Shown piece after piece: positions 1 through 11,840 of a DNA stretch of 64,000 nt (position 1 is its first letter; every line of letters begins with the position of its first letter). The stretch is taken from the NCBI RefSeq assembly GCF_001194135.2, contig NC_068989.1:69739060-69803059 (forward strand), read 5' to 3'. Position numbers and translations under genes: made by a program. The notes below the pieces were generated by a model that had not been told where the DNA came from, did no database searches, and worked only from the letters and a program-made list of their open reading frames with translations. The stretch is from Octopus bimaculoides. Lineage: Eukaryota.

Positions 1-330
1 TGAACCAGTTTCACAGTTTCATCAGCTGAACTGTGAGCCCACCATTCCCAACTCTGATCTTATCACTTATCATGTTTTCTGTAGTTTGCCTCTACAACTG
101 AAACATTTCCACATTTGACCCACTCCCAACACATTTTATTTTCTACTCTTTAGATGTTCTCTTCTATTTACATATCTTCTACTTGAGTCGTAACTAGATT
201 ATGCTTGACACTTCATCATCAATATCTTCATTTTTTTTTCTTTTCCAACTATTCCCAATCATTTCCATATAGTGCAAGGTAGCTATGTATCTCTTCTATA
301 ACAACACACCTTTGCCTGCCCCTCTATCAT
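1..330 (-). mobile_element. Highly decayed LINE (RTE-like) reverse-transcriptase fragment
   Basis: Minus strand shows broken remnants resembling the RTE RT stretch (..KRYIA..; gataagatcagagttgggaat ~ KVRVGN). Many stops and frameshifts; recognition is by memory of RTE ORF2 only. Confidence 0.3.
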
Positions 331-474
331 ACTTTACCCTCTCAACACCTGGCATAATGTTACCCATCTCCCCCTCTACTACGACCCCACTCAGTTATGG
401 GTTTTCTTCTTACCCTCCTCTTTTTAATAAATACTACAGCATTTTGTCCAGTGCTCTGATGATTTTGCTAAGTC

Positions 475-694
475 TTAACCCTTTAGTGTTAAGATTATTC
501 TGTACTGCTTATTGATTCACATTGTTTTGAATTAATCATGCATTATCTCATAACTTTGAGATTTTGGTGACATGATTGTTTAATGTAGAATAACATTGTA
601 GGGTAGCTGTGAGAGCCTGGATCTGATCAGTTTGAACATAAAACAAAGGGGGAATTTTGGTCACATAGTGCTGGTTTAAATGCTAAAGGGTTAG
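475..694. mobile_element. MITE-A (piggyBac-type TTAA MITE, ~220 bp)
   Basis: Begins ttaaccctttag and ends aatgctaaagggttag. Terminal inverted repeats CCCTTTAGCATT; homologous to copies at 10242, 15857, 40559, 51035 and 57156. Confidence 0.8.
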
Positions 695-1174
695 CTAATT
701 ATATCTATGGAAATCTCAACACACTTTTGTTCATAACATTGATTCTAGTGAGTAATGTTCAACTATGAGACATCTCTGGAAAAGAAACAAAGGAAAAAAA
801 CAAAAAAGCCCCTGTTTTTTTAACCTGACCATGCAGGTTCAAATACATTTGTAATATCTAATCTGACAGTAAGTTGTTGTTGCAAAGTGATTCTGTCATG
901 TTTTATTTCACAAATATTTGGAAAAATGAACATTTGCAGAGCAAACCTAAATGATAACATACAATTTCATTTATATTGTACAAGATTTATCTTTTCCTTT
1001 CATTATCACCAGCCAAATTGAGTAGAAAACGCTGATGGCTGAGAAAAGTAGGTTATTGAACTTTTTCACTGAAAATTGTGTCTTTATCAAAGTTAAGTTA
1101 TCATCATTGATTTAGCGCCCTGTTTTCCATTTTTGCGTAAGTCAAATGGAGTTTAATGAGGCAATTTTTTTTAT

Positions 1175-1475
1175 GTGTGGATGCACTTTTTGTCACCAAA
1201 CCTCACCTGTTTCCAAGCAAGGTAATACTTCCCCAAGGCCAGGCATGTTTTTGTGATGTAAAGAGAAGGAAACACAAACATACATGCACTTACATATACA
1301 TATATACATGCATATACAACAGGCTTCTTTCAGTTTCTGTCTACCAAATCCACTTACAAGGTTTTGGTCAACCCAGGGTTAGAGTAGAAAACACTTGTCC
1401 AACCAAGCAGTGGGACTGAACTTGAAACTCTGATTCTGAAGCAAACTTCTTAACTGCACAACCATACCTGCTCCT
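1175..1475 (-). mobile_element. SINE-A copy (tRNA-headed SINE, RTE-type tail segment)
   Basis: Family core ttctttcagtttctgtctaccaaatccacttacaaggttttggtc...gtgggactgaac recurs more than 20 times in the window. Confidence 0.8.
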
Positions 1476-2174
1476 ACAGACATTTCATTCCAATCTAACT
1501 ATTGTTCTCCTAGCTGCAAAATTAGGTTTCGTATCATATTCTACATTTATTATTTATTTGAATATTTGTGGCATATATTTACAGTCTTAATAAACTTAAA
1601 TGGCTGATCATAGTAGAATACTCCCCTCCCACNNNNNNNNNNNNNNNNNNNNNNNNNNNNNNNNNNNNNNNNNNNNNNNNNNNNNNNNNNNNNNNNNNNN
1701 NNNNNNNNNNNNNNNNNNNNNNNNNNNNNNNNNNNNNNNNNNNNNNNNNNNNNNNNNNNNNNNNNNNNNNNNNNNNNNNNNNNNNNNNNNNNNNNNNNNN
1801 NNNNNNNNNNNNNNNNNNNNNNNNNNNNNNNNNNNNNNNNNNNNNNNNNNNNNNNNNNNNNNNNNNNNNNNNNNNNNNNNNNNNNNNNNNNNNNNNNNNN
1901 NNNNNNNNNNNNNNNNNNNNNNNNNNNNNNNNNNNNNNNNNNNNNNNNNNNNNNNNNNNNNNNNNNNNNNNNNNNNNNNNNNNNNNNNNNNNNNNNNNNN
2001 NNNNNNNNNNNNNNNNNNNNNNNNNNNNNNNNNNNNNNNNNNNNNNNNNNNNNNNNNNNNNNNNNNNNNNNNNNNNNNNNNNNNNNNNNNNNNNNNNNNN
2101 NNNNNNNNNNNNNNNNNNNNNNNNNNNNNNNNNNNNNNNNNNNNNNNNNNNNNNNNNNNNNNNNNNNNNNNNNN

Positions 2175-2551
2175 TTTCAGTCATTTGACTGCGGCCATGC
2201 TGGGGCATCATCTTGAAGGGTTTTAGTCAAACAAATTGACCCCAGGACCTATTTTTTCAAACCTAGCGCTTATTCTATTGTCCTCTTTTGCCAAACCGTT
2301 AAATTTCCTGGACTTAAACACATCAACACCGGTTGTCGAGTAGTGGTGAGAGACAAACACAGACACAAGGACACACACACACACATAGATATATACATAT
2401 AGGATGAGCTTCTTTCAGTTTTCTGTCTATCCAATCTACAAGCAAGGCTTTGGTCAGCCCAAGGCTATAGAAGACACTTGTCTAAAGGACCATACAGTGG
2501 GATTGAACTTGGGACCATGTTTTTGGGAAGCAACCTTCTTACCACACAGCA
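2175..2551 (-). mobile_element. SINE-A copy with tail type 1 (..cagtcaaatgactgaaa)
   Basis: Starts tttcagtcatttgactgcggccatgctgg; has the internal CA/TA microsatellite, family core and tRNA-like head at the right end. Confidence 0.85.
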
Positions 2552-3904
2552 AAGAAACCATGAAACATATTATTGAGCATGGATGTGTCGTATTATATTG
2601 TATTGCAAAAGAAATAAAATGGTCTTAAAAAGAGTTGTGTCAGAGAAAGATGTTTGACAACAAATAATTAATGTTAAATCAGTTAACTAAAAAAAATTTT
2701 AAAACAAGTATAACACTGCAAACTTAATTAATCTGGTGTTCTGAAGAAAATGTAACACAGAAAAGCTAAAGTATAGAATTAAGAAAATTTATTATAGCTG
2801 TAATTTTATGTGCGTTTACTATACTTGACAAAGATATTATAATAATAATAGTAATAATAATGGTATTATAATGATAATTGATAATAAATGAAAAATTCTG
2901 TCTTTATAAGTCCAAAACAATCTTTTTTTCACATATTATTTAAAAGACATTTTCTAAAAACAATATTCCTTACAAATCCAAGATACACAATTGAAACGCA
3001 AATCTCTTTCACCAAACTATATTCTTCCCCCAAAACACAGCAGTTGTCAACCATCCTAGTCACAATGTCCACTTGAACGTATAACTTGCTGTCTCTTGAG
3101 GTCTTGGGGTAAGAGTTGTATTCAACTCATACAAACATAATAATAATAACAGCAACAAGAAATGTACTGTGCACTGAAAAACTGAAAGTAAAAAAAAAAT
3201 ATTTTTAATGTATAGTTTAAAATTACTAAAGTGTAAAGAGGGAACTAAATGTCTTAGCGTTTAATAATGCTGTAAGCGTCACTGAGTGTCTGACATATAA
3301 ATTATGGCTTTGAAAATGAAATACTACAGTTAAACTTGAAAGTTAATGAATTTAGAATATGGTAATATTTCAAACATTAATTATTTTTCCACAAATATAT
3401 TTTATTACAGGTAATTTAAACTGGTGACAAAAGATAAAATGGTTAAGCATGGGAGTGATTAACTAATGCATAAAAGACTAGTGGCTAAACTGTTAAGGGG
3501 AGATATATATAATGTGAACAGATGATAATATATATTGGATGAAAAAGTGCCTTAGCCATTTTAACTCTTTTGTTACCATATCTATGTTAAAATACACTGC
3601 CTTTGCTTCAATTAATTTAAAAAAATAATTATGTGAAATAATTGTGATTAAGCTGGTGTTTGAAACATAAATCAAGGAATTTTGTGGGACACAAAGATGC
3701 ACACAGATATATGATGGCCTTCTTTCATTTTCTGTCCACCAAATCGACTCACAAGGCTGTGGTTGATTCAAGGCTATAATAGAAAACACTTGCCCAATGT
3801 GCCATGCAACGAGACTGAACCTGGAACCATGTGGCTGAGAAGCAAGCATCTTACTACACAGCCATGCCTACGCCTGTATAAGATTTTTGAAACATTGGAT
3901 GGTT

Positions 3905-3979
3905 AAGCGGGGGAGGGGTTCATCTGTATAGAATAGGAATGAAAGAGGCTCATAGGGAAAAAAGTGTTGAGCACCACTG
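3905..3979 (-). mobile_element. hAT/Charlie-type MITE terminus
   Basis: gttgagcaccactg is the reverse complement of CAGTGGTGCTCAAC, a Charlie-type TIR. The subterminal ttcattcctatt motif is shared with the copy at 38647. Confidence 0.55.
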
Positions 3980-4869
3980 CTCTATATGATGTAGAATGTA
4001 ACTTGAGAAATCAACCACCCAACTAACCAACATTTATTTCAGCTATTATTATGTAGAGATGCATCTTTATTTTGAATTTTAAGTACTTACAGAGAGATTA
4101 AATGTACATACAAAATGTAACAGTAGTTTTATGTCAGCTGTGTGTTGTTAAGAAATTAAAAATAAATTAAAACTGCTGTTGGAATAAATTAGCAAACTCT
4201 TTGCATAATTTCTTTAGAAGTTAAATGGCAATTTTTGTTTTCAGCTGTTTATTTATTTATTTGAATTCTATTTCTAACAAATGATGCTAATGATTTTGTT
4301 TCATGTATTCATTATTGAGTATATCCATTAATTTTCATCTGATGATACTCAACTAAATATTGCTAATATTAACCGTACTTCCTACTTACGTTGATATAAC
4401 ATGGCTATTTATAGTATATTCTTACAATGTTGAATGTCTACTATAATTGATTTGTAGTAGTAGAATTAGCTTCAGTGAATATTCAGTTGATTTTAATACC
4501 AAAATAGTTGAAGTCAATATTTCATAACATCTCGATGATTGCAGTAAAGTGACTCCTGATTAAACTCCAGAATCTTTAGTTCAGTACAATCAATTAAAGT
4601 AGATCATGTTGTGAAGTATAAGGGTGAATCATTCATGCACTGAATGAGGGAGGGAGAAGAAGTTTTGTAGATGTTTCTGTAAATAATTTAAATGTATTAA
4701 ATATTTTTGTTACCATTTTTAATTTACATTTTTTTGAAATTGTTGATTGTGGTTAGTCACTGAAGGAACTAGTTTGAAGCTGTTAAAATAAGACCTGATA
4801 GCTCACTTGATTTTTTTTTATGCATTTATGTTTATTAATGAGGATATTTGTTTTGATTCTTTTTTTTTT

Positions 4870-5114
4870 GCGCCCTTTTAAAGCCTAGCCAGGCTCATGG
4901 GCCCAGTTTCCTGGTTTCAATGGCGTATGTGTTCCCCAACTGGATGGGACACCAGTCCATTGCAGCGTTACTCATTTTTGCCAGCTGAGTGGACTGGAGC
5001 AACGTGAAATGAAGTGTTTTGCTCAAGAATACAACGCGTCGCCCGGTCCAGGAATCAAAACCACAATCTTGCAATCATGGTGCTGACACCTTAACCACTA
5101 GGCCACAAGCTTCC
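4870..5114 (-). mobile_element. SINE-C (third tRNA-headed SINE family)
   Basis: Minus strand reads ggaagcttgtggcctagtggttaagg (A box) ... ggttttgattcctgg (B-box-like), then ttgagcaaaacacttcatttcacgttgctccagtccactcagctggcaaaaatgag, then a poly-A-like end. A second partial copy lies at 7750-7912. Confidence 0.8.
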
Positions 5115-5199
5115 ACTTTGGTTCTGTTAATCTAGATATAAATATGAACTGTTAAAAAATATCTCCTTATAGCCAGTGCTTAACCTGAGTTTTTTGGTA

Positions 5200-5420
5200 C
5201 TAACCATTTTACTATCATATTTCTATTGAAAATACACAGCTTTTGTTTCACTTAATTTTGAAATAATGAAGAATTTAGTAAAATGATTTTATTATTGAAC
5301 TGGTGTTTGAAACATAAATTAACATAGAATTTTGGAGGAATTTAATTCAGATCACTTTAAATCAGGAAGTTTGTATCATGGAACCAGGAATGGTTTTGGA
5401 TGGATTGATATTAAATGAGT
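5200..5420. mobile_element. MITE-B (piggyBac-type TTAA MITE, ~220 bp), decayed
   Basis: Family consensus ttaacccttttgttaccatatttc...tggtatcaaaagggttaa. Further copies lie at about 3560, 7440, 8990, 22490, 25830, 28140, 28750, 37310, 40910, 46810, 50035, 50639, 51310, 59809 and 60320. Confidence 0.7.
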
Positions 5421-6444
5421 TAAATAGGCAAGGGTTTCCTCTCACTGGATATGGCAGCTGTTAAATTCAATGGTATGTCTCTCTGCTATCTCAAGGAACC
5501 ACATTTCATAGGATTAAGCACTCTGTCCAAATATAGAGGCTGTGGCACAAATACTAAGATTCACTACTCTTAAACAAATGTTAGAAAATTCAGTGTTTCC
5601 CAGTCCAAACTATGATTGTAACTGAAAAACGAAAAGTAAAACACTAGTTACATGAAAACGCTATTATCACCTGCCTAGCTTCATTACTACCACATCAATG
5701 GCCATATGAAATACGGAATGTTTTTCTGCTGCACCTTATATGAGTAAATGTATACCATAAAGTTGAACTCAAGACTTATGAGTTGGTAATTCAATACAAT
5801 ATCCATTTAGCAATTTCATTTGAGATGTATGAATTTTTAGATCTGCAGTTAGCACACATCACCGTTATGTTTTGCAATCATCATCTATTCACATCACATG
5901 TCCATACCAATGCAACGTTAGATCTCCCACATAAATCAGACACTGCTTTTAATGCTGAACCGAGAGAGTGCTCTCAGCTCACCTGTGAACTTGTCTTTGA
6001 TGCATGTTAATGTTACATGTCCAACAGATCATATCTGACTTGTTTTTTTCCAGCCTTTACTGATATTCTGCATTCAATCCACATGTCTCAATTGCTACCG
6101 TGGTGCATCATTCTACATGCTACTCACAATTTGATTTTTACATGAAATTTAGAGAGAGAGAAAGAGGAAGGTAGAGAAAGAATTCGTTGTCAACAGAATT
6201 AGCAACTTCTGCTGTATTCAAATGCTTCTAGATGGCCCCTTCACATGCTAGAAATAGCAGCTAAATGTCTCTTTCTCTTTCATATCCTATATTCTGATCA
6301 ACCATGATAATAATAATGCTTTCTAATACAATGGCAAGGACTGAAATTTTGCAGGAGAGGCCCACTCAATTACAACAACTCCAGTGCTCAAATGGTTGTT
6401 CATTTACGACTATTAAATGATGTCATGACAAGAAGACACAGCGC

Positions 6445-6451
6445 ACACACG

Positions 6452-6496
<45 letters not shown>
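6445..6496. repeat. (CA)n microsatellite, the internal tract of a SINE-A copy (6496-6650, minus)
   Basis: Direct reading. Confidence 0.95.
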
Positions 6497-6500
<4 letters not shown>

Positions 6501-8224
6501 CTTTGAGTTTCCATCTACCGAGTCCATTCACAAGGCTTTGGTTAGCCTGGTGTTTTAATATAAATCACTTGCCCAAGATGCCATGCAGTGAAACTGAATG
6601 TGGTTGGGAAGAAAACTTCCTTACCACAAAGCCATGCCTTTGCCTACAGCTACACCATTTAAAGAAAAAAACCTTTGTATTATTAGTGAGATGAAGCATG
6701 ACTGATGACAAACTAATACACAGAATTAGCTTCTGCTTGATTAAAATAATCTGTTTTGTTCTTGTTATTATTTTATTTATTTATTATTACTAGTATTTTT
6801 TTTTTTGCACAAACATGTGGAGAGGCCTTTGTAAAATGCTCTTCAGTAAAAAGGAGCACTAAACCACAAAAGATTAAGGGTCACTAGTCTACGTAATAGT
6901 TAGATCTTCAAATGTAATTATCGCTCCTTTGTATACCTTACTTGTTGATCATTTATTTTGTTGTAAATCTGCAAGTTTATTTAAAGTGTAGCTTGTTGTG
7001 TAAAGCATATAAAGTATATATACTGTTTGTTTTTTGACTTTGTCATTTAATTGTTAGATCTGTCAATATCTAAATTTCGTTGCTAAATCTTATTGAATTT
7101 TTAACATATCCTGTCACTATTCACCATAAATTTTGGATGGAAAAATACTGTTTTGGTTGGATGCAAATATTCTCACGCTTTTAGTCACAACTGATACAAC
7201 TCTTTCTTTTCATCTTTTTTGAGCTGCTCATGACTACTTGACACCTAAAATGTGATACATGATATCAAATCATACCTGATTGCCAGTAACAGCTGTAGTT
7301 AGAATTGCAAAATCTATAAGGAAGGTTTTGTATGGTAGGAAAATACAGTATTTCTTCTTATTGTGTCAACAAAACTGAAAATATACCTGAATTCTATTAA
7401 GAAGCTGTGAAGATTGTAAGCAGAGCCCTTCCTCTTGTTTAACCCTATTGATACCCAACCCACCTGAGACTCCTTTGGTTCTATGATACAAACTTACTGC
7501 TTAAGATGATCTAAACGAAAATCTTGTTCCAAACATCAGCTTAAATAATAGCAAAGTTATTTTATTAAATTGTTCATTGTTTAAAAATATAAATGAAACA
7601 AAAGAAGTGTATTTCTACTAATGTTCCAGTTGGTTCAATCAACAGAACAGCCTGCTCATGAAATTAACATACAAGTGGCTGAGCACTCCACAGACACTTG
7701 TACTCTTAACGTAGTTTATGGGGAGATTCAGTGTAACACAATGCAACAAGGCTGGCCCATTGAAATACAGGTACAACTCATTTTTGCCAGCTGTGTGGAC
7801 TGGAACAACATGAAATAAAGTGTTTTGCTCAGGGACACAATGTGCTGCTGGAAATTGAACTCATGGCCTGACGATTGCAAGCTGAATACCCTAACCACTA
7901 ACCCACAGGCCTTAAACTCATACACATTAACAAAAACACTAAACAAAAAATTCAGGACATGCTTTCGAACACTCAGCCACTTCGCCAATGAAATATTAAA
8001 TGTGTCTTAAAGACAAATCCCTAAAATTCAAGACCCTGGCTAATAAACTGTGATAATATGCCAAGTGTAAGTAGTAAACAATAATGTATCTAGAATCTAA
8101 TATTTTCTGAAGGAAGTATTGCAAAATCCATTTTGTTACCTAATGGTTTTAATTTATATCATGTAATGTTTCTCATTAATTACGACACACACACAACTCT
8201 TGCCATACTTATTCCTACTGTCCC

Positions 8225-8470
8225 CCAGATATAGTTTCACAACTGTTCCAACTCCCCTGATCAGGGATGACCTGGGGTTAAACAACAACCAACACCACCA
8301 TGAGATAGCAGGCTGGCTCCAAACAAATATGCCCTATGTACTTGCCTACCACATCCATCATCTCTCTTCTCACCAGCAACATCAAAGAACATCACATACA
8401 ACCAGCTGTCACTCTCAACAGCATAAACATACCACAAAGAAGACAAAAATATTAGGAATTATCCTCAACC
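8225..8470 (+). mobile_element. Decayed non-LTR retrotransposon RT C-terminal fragment
   Basis: One frame gives ..PTPLIRDDL (degenerate YADDL), ..GWLQTN.. and ..TKILGIIL. The shifted frame gives SIISLLTSNIKEHHIQPAVTLNSINIP. Motif order and spacing match the LINE RT palm-thumb region. Confidence 0.55.
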
Positions 8471-9456
8471 TACCTACTTTCCTGACTTGATAAAATTTAT
8501 GACAGAGAAGATGTTCAAACAATGCAAAATGAAGCATGTGAAGATCAGTCACATGCAGTATATCTATTTAAAACAGAGCAATGGTAACTCATATGCAAAA
8601 ATAGTTATGTTAGAATTTGTCATGGATTATATTCGTATTCTCTGGGATCCCAACTTATTTATTACAGAGAACGCAAACTTGCACACTCTTTACATCACCC
8701 CAGACTCATTTACAGATCACGTGTGAAGGTTTGTTACTGTAGAATGCTTGAATCTATTGCTCATTTGCCACTCAACTCATTTATTATGTTTTATTGCTCT
8801 CAAATACTCATGCACTTCTACATTATCAAAGAAGACTTTTATAATGCTACCATAGCCTTTTTGATAACAACCTGTTGACAGTTTTTTTAACATGTGCAGT
8901 GAATATTAAGAGTTTATCAATCTTTTTCAAATAACAAATTATCAACTGTAACATTATCAGTTCTTAAGCTATCTTAAAACTGTTTGATATCAACCTGCCT
9001 GAGATTGGCCTTAATTCTATGATGTCAACTTCTCATTTTAAACTAATCTGAATTAAAACTGTCTATCAAGATTTCATGTTAATTTATGTCCCAAACATCA
9101 GCATAATAATGTTCAAGTTATTTTATTAAGTTCTTCATTATTTTTGAAATTAATTGATACAAATGTGGTGTATTTCAACAGAAATATGGTAAGAAAAGGG
9201 CTGTGAACACTACGCTGTCTTCATGTGTGTGCCTGCACACACAGAAACACACACACACAGTCTTAAGAAATATAGAAAAGTGTGCACAACTAGCAGTAAC
9301 ATCAATAAGTTCCAAATTCTGTGTTAGGGTCCACGCCACCAGAGGTAAGTGCAAAGGAGCACTCTCTATAGGTTCCTAGTGAAGTCTACTTCATTTACGA
9401 CCCACCTCTGTCATCACAAGAACCTACAGGACCACTTGGCACTTTATGCAGTAAAC

Positions 9457-9995
9457 CAGGGGGTCACCAAACTTTTTCCATGGCAGGCCAGATAACTGAG
9501 AGATTGATAGTGTGGGCCACATAACCATTTTGTTCAATACAATACAGTGAATACACAAAAAATAAAGACAACCAACATATTTATTTACCAGTAAGTTATT
9601 AAAGGTGACGTCAGCAATAAGATAGTTATATCACACCCAGTGCGCACATATCCGAATCTCACAAACTAAGCTGCAAAAAAGATTAGTGAGGTTTGTGAAA
9701 CTGGTGTTTAGCTTTTAAGATATCATCAATATTTACTTAAGTAATTGCTGCATTCAGCCAAGAGAATTCCTTTCAAATGTTCATCAGTCAACCTTGTTTG
9801 ATATGCCGACTTCACATACTTCATTTTCGAAAACGTTTGCTCACAGACATAGCTTGTTCCAAACACTGATGCCATACCAGAGACAAAGGAACTCTCATTG
9901 CAGGAACTTACACAAAAGATACAATGCGGTGGTGGGCCGGATGAACTGACCTAGCAGGTTGGATCCGGCCCGCGGCCATAGTTTGGTGACCCCTG
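9457..9995 (-). mobile_element. Non-autonomous hAT (Charlie-like) transposon, 539 bp deletion derivative
   Basis: TIRs cagggggtcaccaaac / gtttggtgacccctg. The 8-bp flanks cagtaaac / caagaaac match 6/8 (degenerate TSD). An internal transposase C-terminal remnant is present. Confidence 0.9.
9726..9878 (-). pseudogene. hAT transposase C-terminal dimerisation-domain remnant
   Basis: Translates GMASVFGTSYVCEQTFSKMKYVKSAYQTRLTDEHLKGILLAECSNYLSKY*, matching the hAT signature FGSTYxCEQxFSxMKxxKSxxRxRLTDEHL. Confidence 0.9.
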
Positions 9996-10120
9996 CAAGA
10001 AACCATTTAATGTTAGAGTACACAGTGTGTTTGTCATTTTGGTAGAGACATGGTGTATCTTCAGAGAAGTGAGTCAGTGGACTGCATTTAGTCATTTGAC
10101 CTTTTGTTGACCTGTTTGAG

Positions 10121-10546
10121 TGACCCTTTTGTTACCTTGTTTCTGTTGAAATACATTACTTGTGTTTCAATTAATTTTGACAAAAAGAAAAGGAAGAGTT
10201 TAGTCAAATAACTTTGTCATTATTAATTAGGTGTTTGAAACTTAATCCTCTAATATTTAAACCAACCATATCCGACCCAAATATTCTTCTTTGGCCTTAT
10301 TTGGCCTCTCTTACAATATCATTTAAAAAAAAAAAAACTATCACATTAAAATCTCAAAGCTTCAAGACGATGTATGATTACAATGTGAATAAATGGGCAT
10401 TACATTTGACAGAATAATCTGAATGCTAAAGAGTTAAATTAGCATGAAATTTTGATGGAAAGTTTTAATGCAGAAGACTGTGGTAAGTGATAAGTTTGTG
10501 TCATGGAACCAGAGCTAGTTTCAGATGGGTTGGTATCGAGAGTTAA
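10121..10546. mobile_element. MITE-B carrying a nested MITE-A (10242-10437)
   Basis: MITE-B sequence breaks at gaaac|ttaa and resumes at ttaa|attagcatgaaatt. The insert carries MITE-A ends. Confidence 0.8.
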
Positions 10547-11159
10547 GACTGACTGCAATGTTACACAACAAGAGTATCAACTGAATAGAGAAAATATAAT
10601 GTATTATTGTCTGCCGATTTAATTTTAGATTCATCTTGTCATTGATACATAAACGTTAATTTATGAAATATTAATAGTCTAATTGAACTAGTCATGTGGT
10701 CTTGGGTTGATAAATGTAAAGATAAACAAATGTATGATTTTTACCAAACTGCAAGTGCAAATTAATTCGCATTCTTCAGTTAATTAAAGGAAGTTTCAGA
10801 TTGCATTTCAACATCATATCGCTTACTATTAGTCTGTGCTGGGCATCAACACAACTAGGGATAAATGCAAATATTTAGTGACTCTTGCTCTGCAACTGTG
10901 CTTCCTTGCCATCACCAAGACCTACAAGAATACAGGATCAAAGATCTGACTGCTGCACTACACTTCATACAGTATATCATCCTTTTAAAGGTGAAATATT
11001 TGAAAAATATATATTCTTAGTAACCTGATGTATATGTATATAATTCATTCAGTAATATTAAATTATGTTCATATTGAAAATATCAAGTAAGAACTGGTAT
11101 AGGTATTAGAGAGAGAACAGAGAAAGGAAGTCAGAAGATTTGTAAATAATAGATGCTGG

Positions 11160-11840
11160 TATGGTTGGATGTTTAAGTTCACTTCCCAACCATATAGATT
11201 TGGGTTCAGCCCCACTGTGTGGCACATTAGGTCGTTATCTTTGTCCTCTCTTATGGTCCTGGCCAGTCAAAACCTTGGGAGTAGATTTGGTAGATGGAAA
11301 GTGAAAGTTTGTGTGTGTGTGTGTAATAGTATATATGCATACATACAAGGTATTCATAAATTATCTTTACAACTTCCACAATTTATTTTATCTATTAAAG
11401 TCAAGATTCATCAATCAACATCTTTGCAACCAATGGAGTCTATGTAGATGTGTTCTGATGTCTCTAATAAAACTTTTATTTGTTTACCAATAAACTCTAC
11501 TGAGTTATTTTTGATTTTCATTTTTTTCCTGAATTTTTCAACTTGTAAAGATAATTTATGAACACCCTGTATATATGTGTGTGTGTGTGTGTACTTGATA
11601 GTCCTTGTTTTGATATCACATGACAGTTGTAACCAACTATCACCAACATAGAAGCAGTGTCACTCATTTCCAATCTTCTGTGAAAATATGTCTGGCCTTG
11701 GTAAAATATTAAATTAGTTGAGAGCAGGTGAGGTTTAGCAAAAGGATGAGTGTCTGGCTATAAAAGATTAGTCTCAACAAATTCCATTGAAGTTCAGCAA
11801 ATATGGAAAAGTGGATATTAAAACAATAGTGATGATACCG
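11160..11840 (+). mobile_element. SINE-A copy (RTE-type tail) interrupted by a Tc1/mariner MITE
   Basis: Head and core at 11160-11310, internal microsatellite, then tail 11580-11840 ending atggaaaagtggatattaaaacaatagtgatgat. Confidence 0.7.
11344..11571. mobile_element. Tc1/mariner-type MITE (TA target, ~27 bp TIR)
   Basis: Left end tacaaggtattcataaattatctttacaa; reverse complement of right end tacagggtgttcataaattatctttacaa (2 mismatches). TA on both sides; no coding capacity. Confidence 0.85.

Noticed and set aside
4338-4350. Other CTGATGA matches (4338, ~47643)
   Set aside because: No helix II, GAAA or pairing stem I follows.
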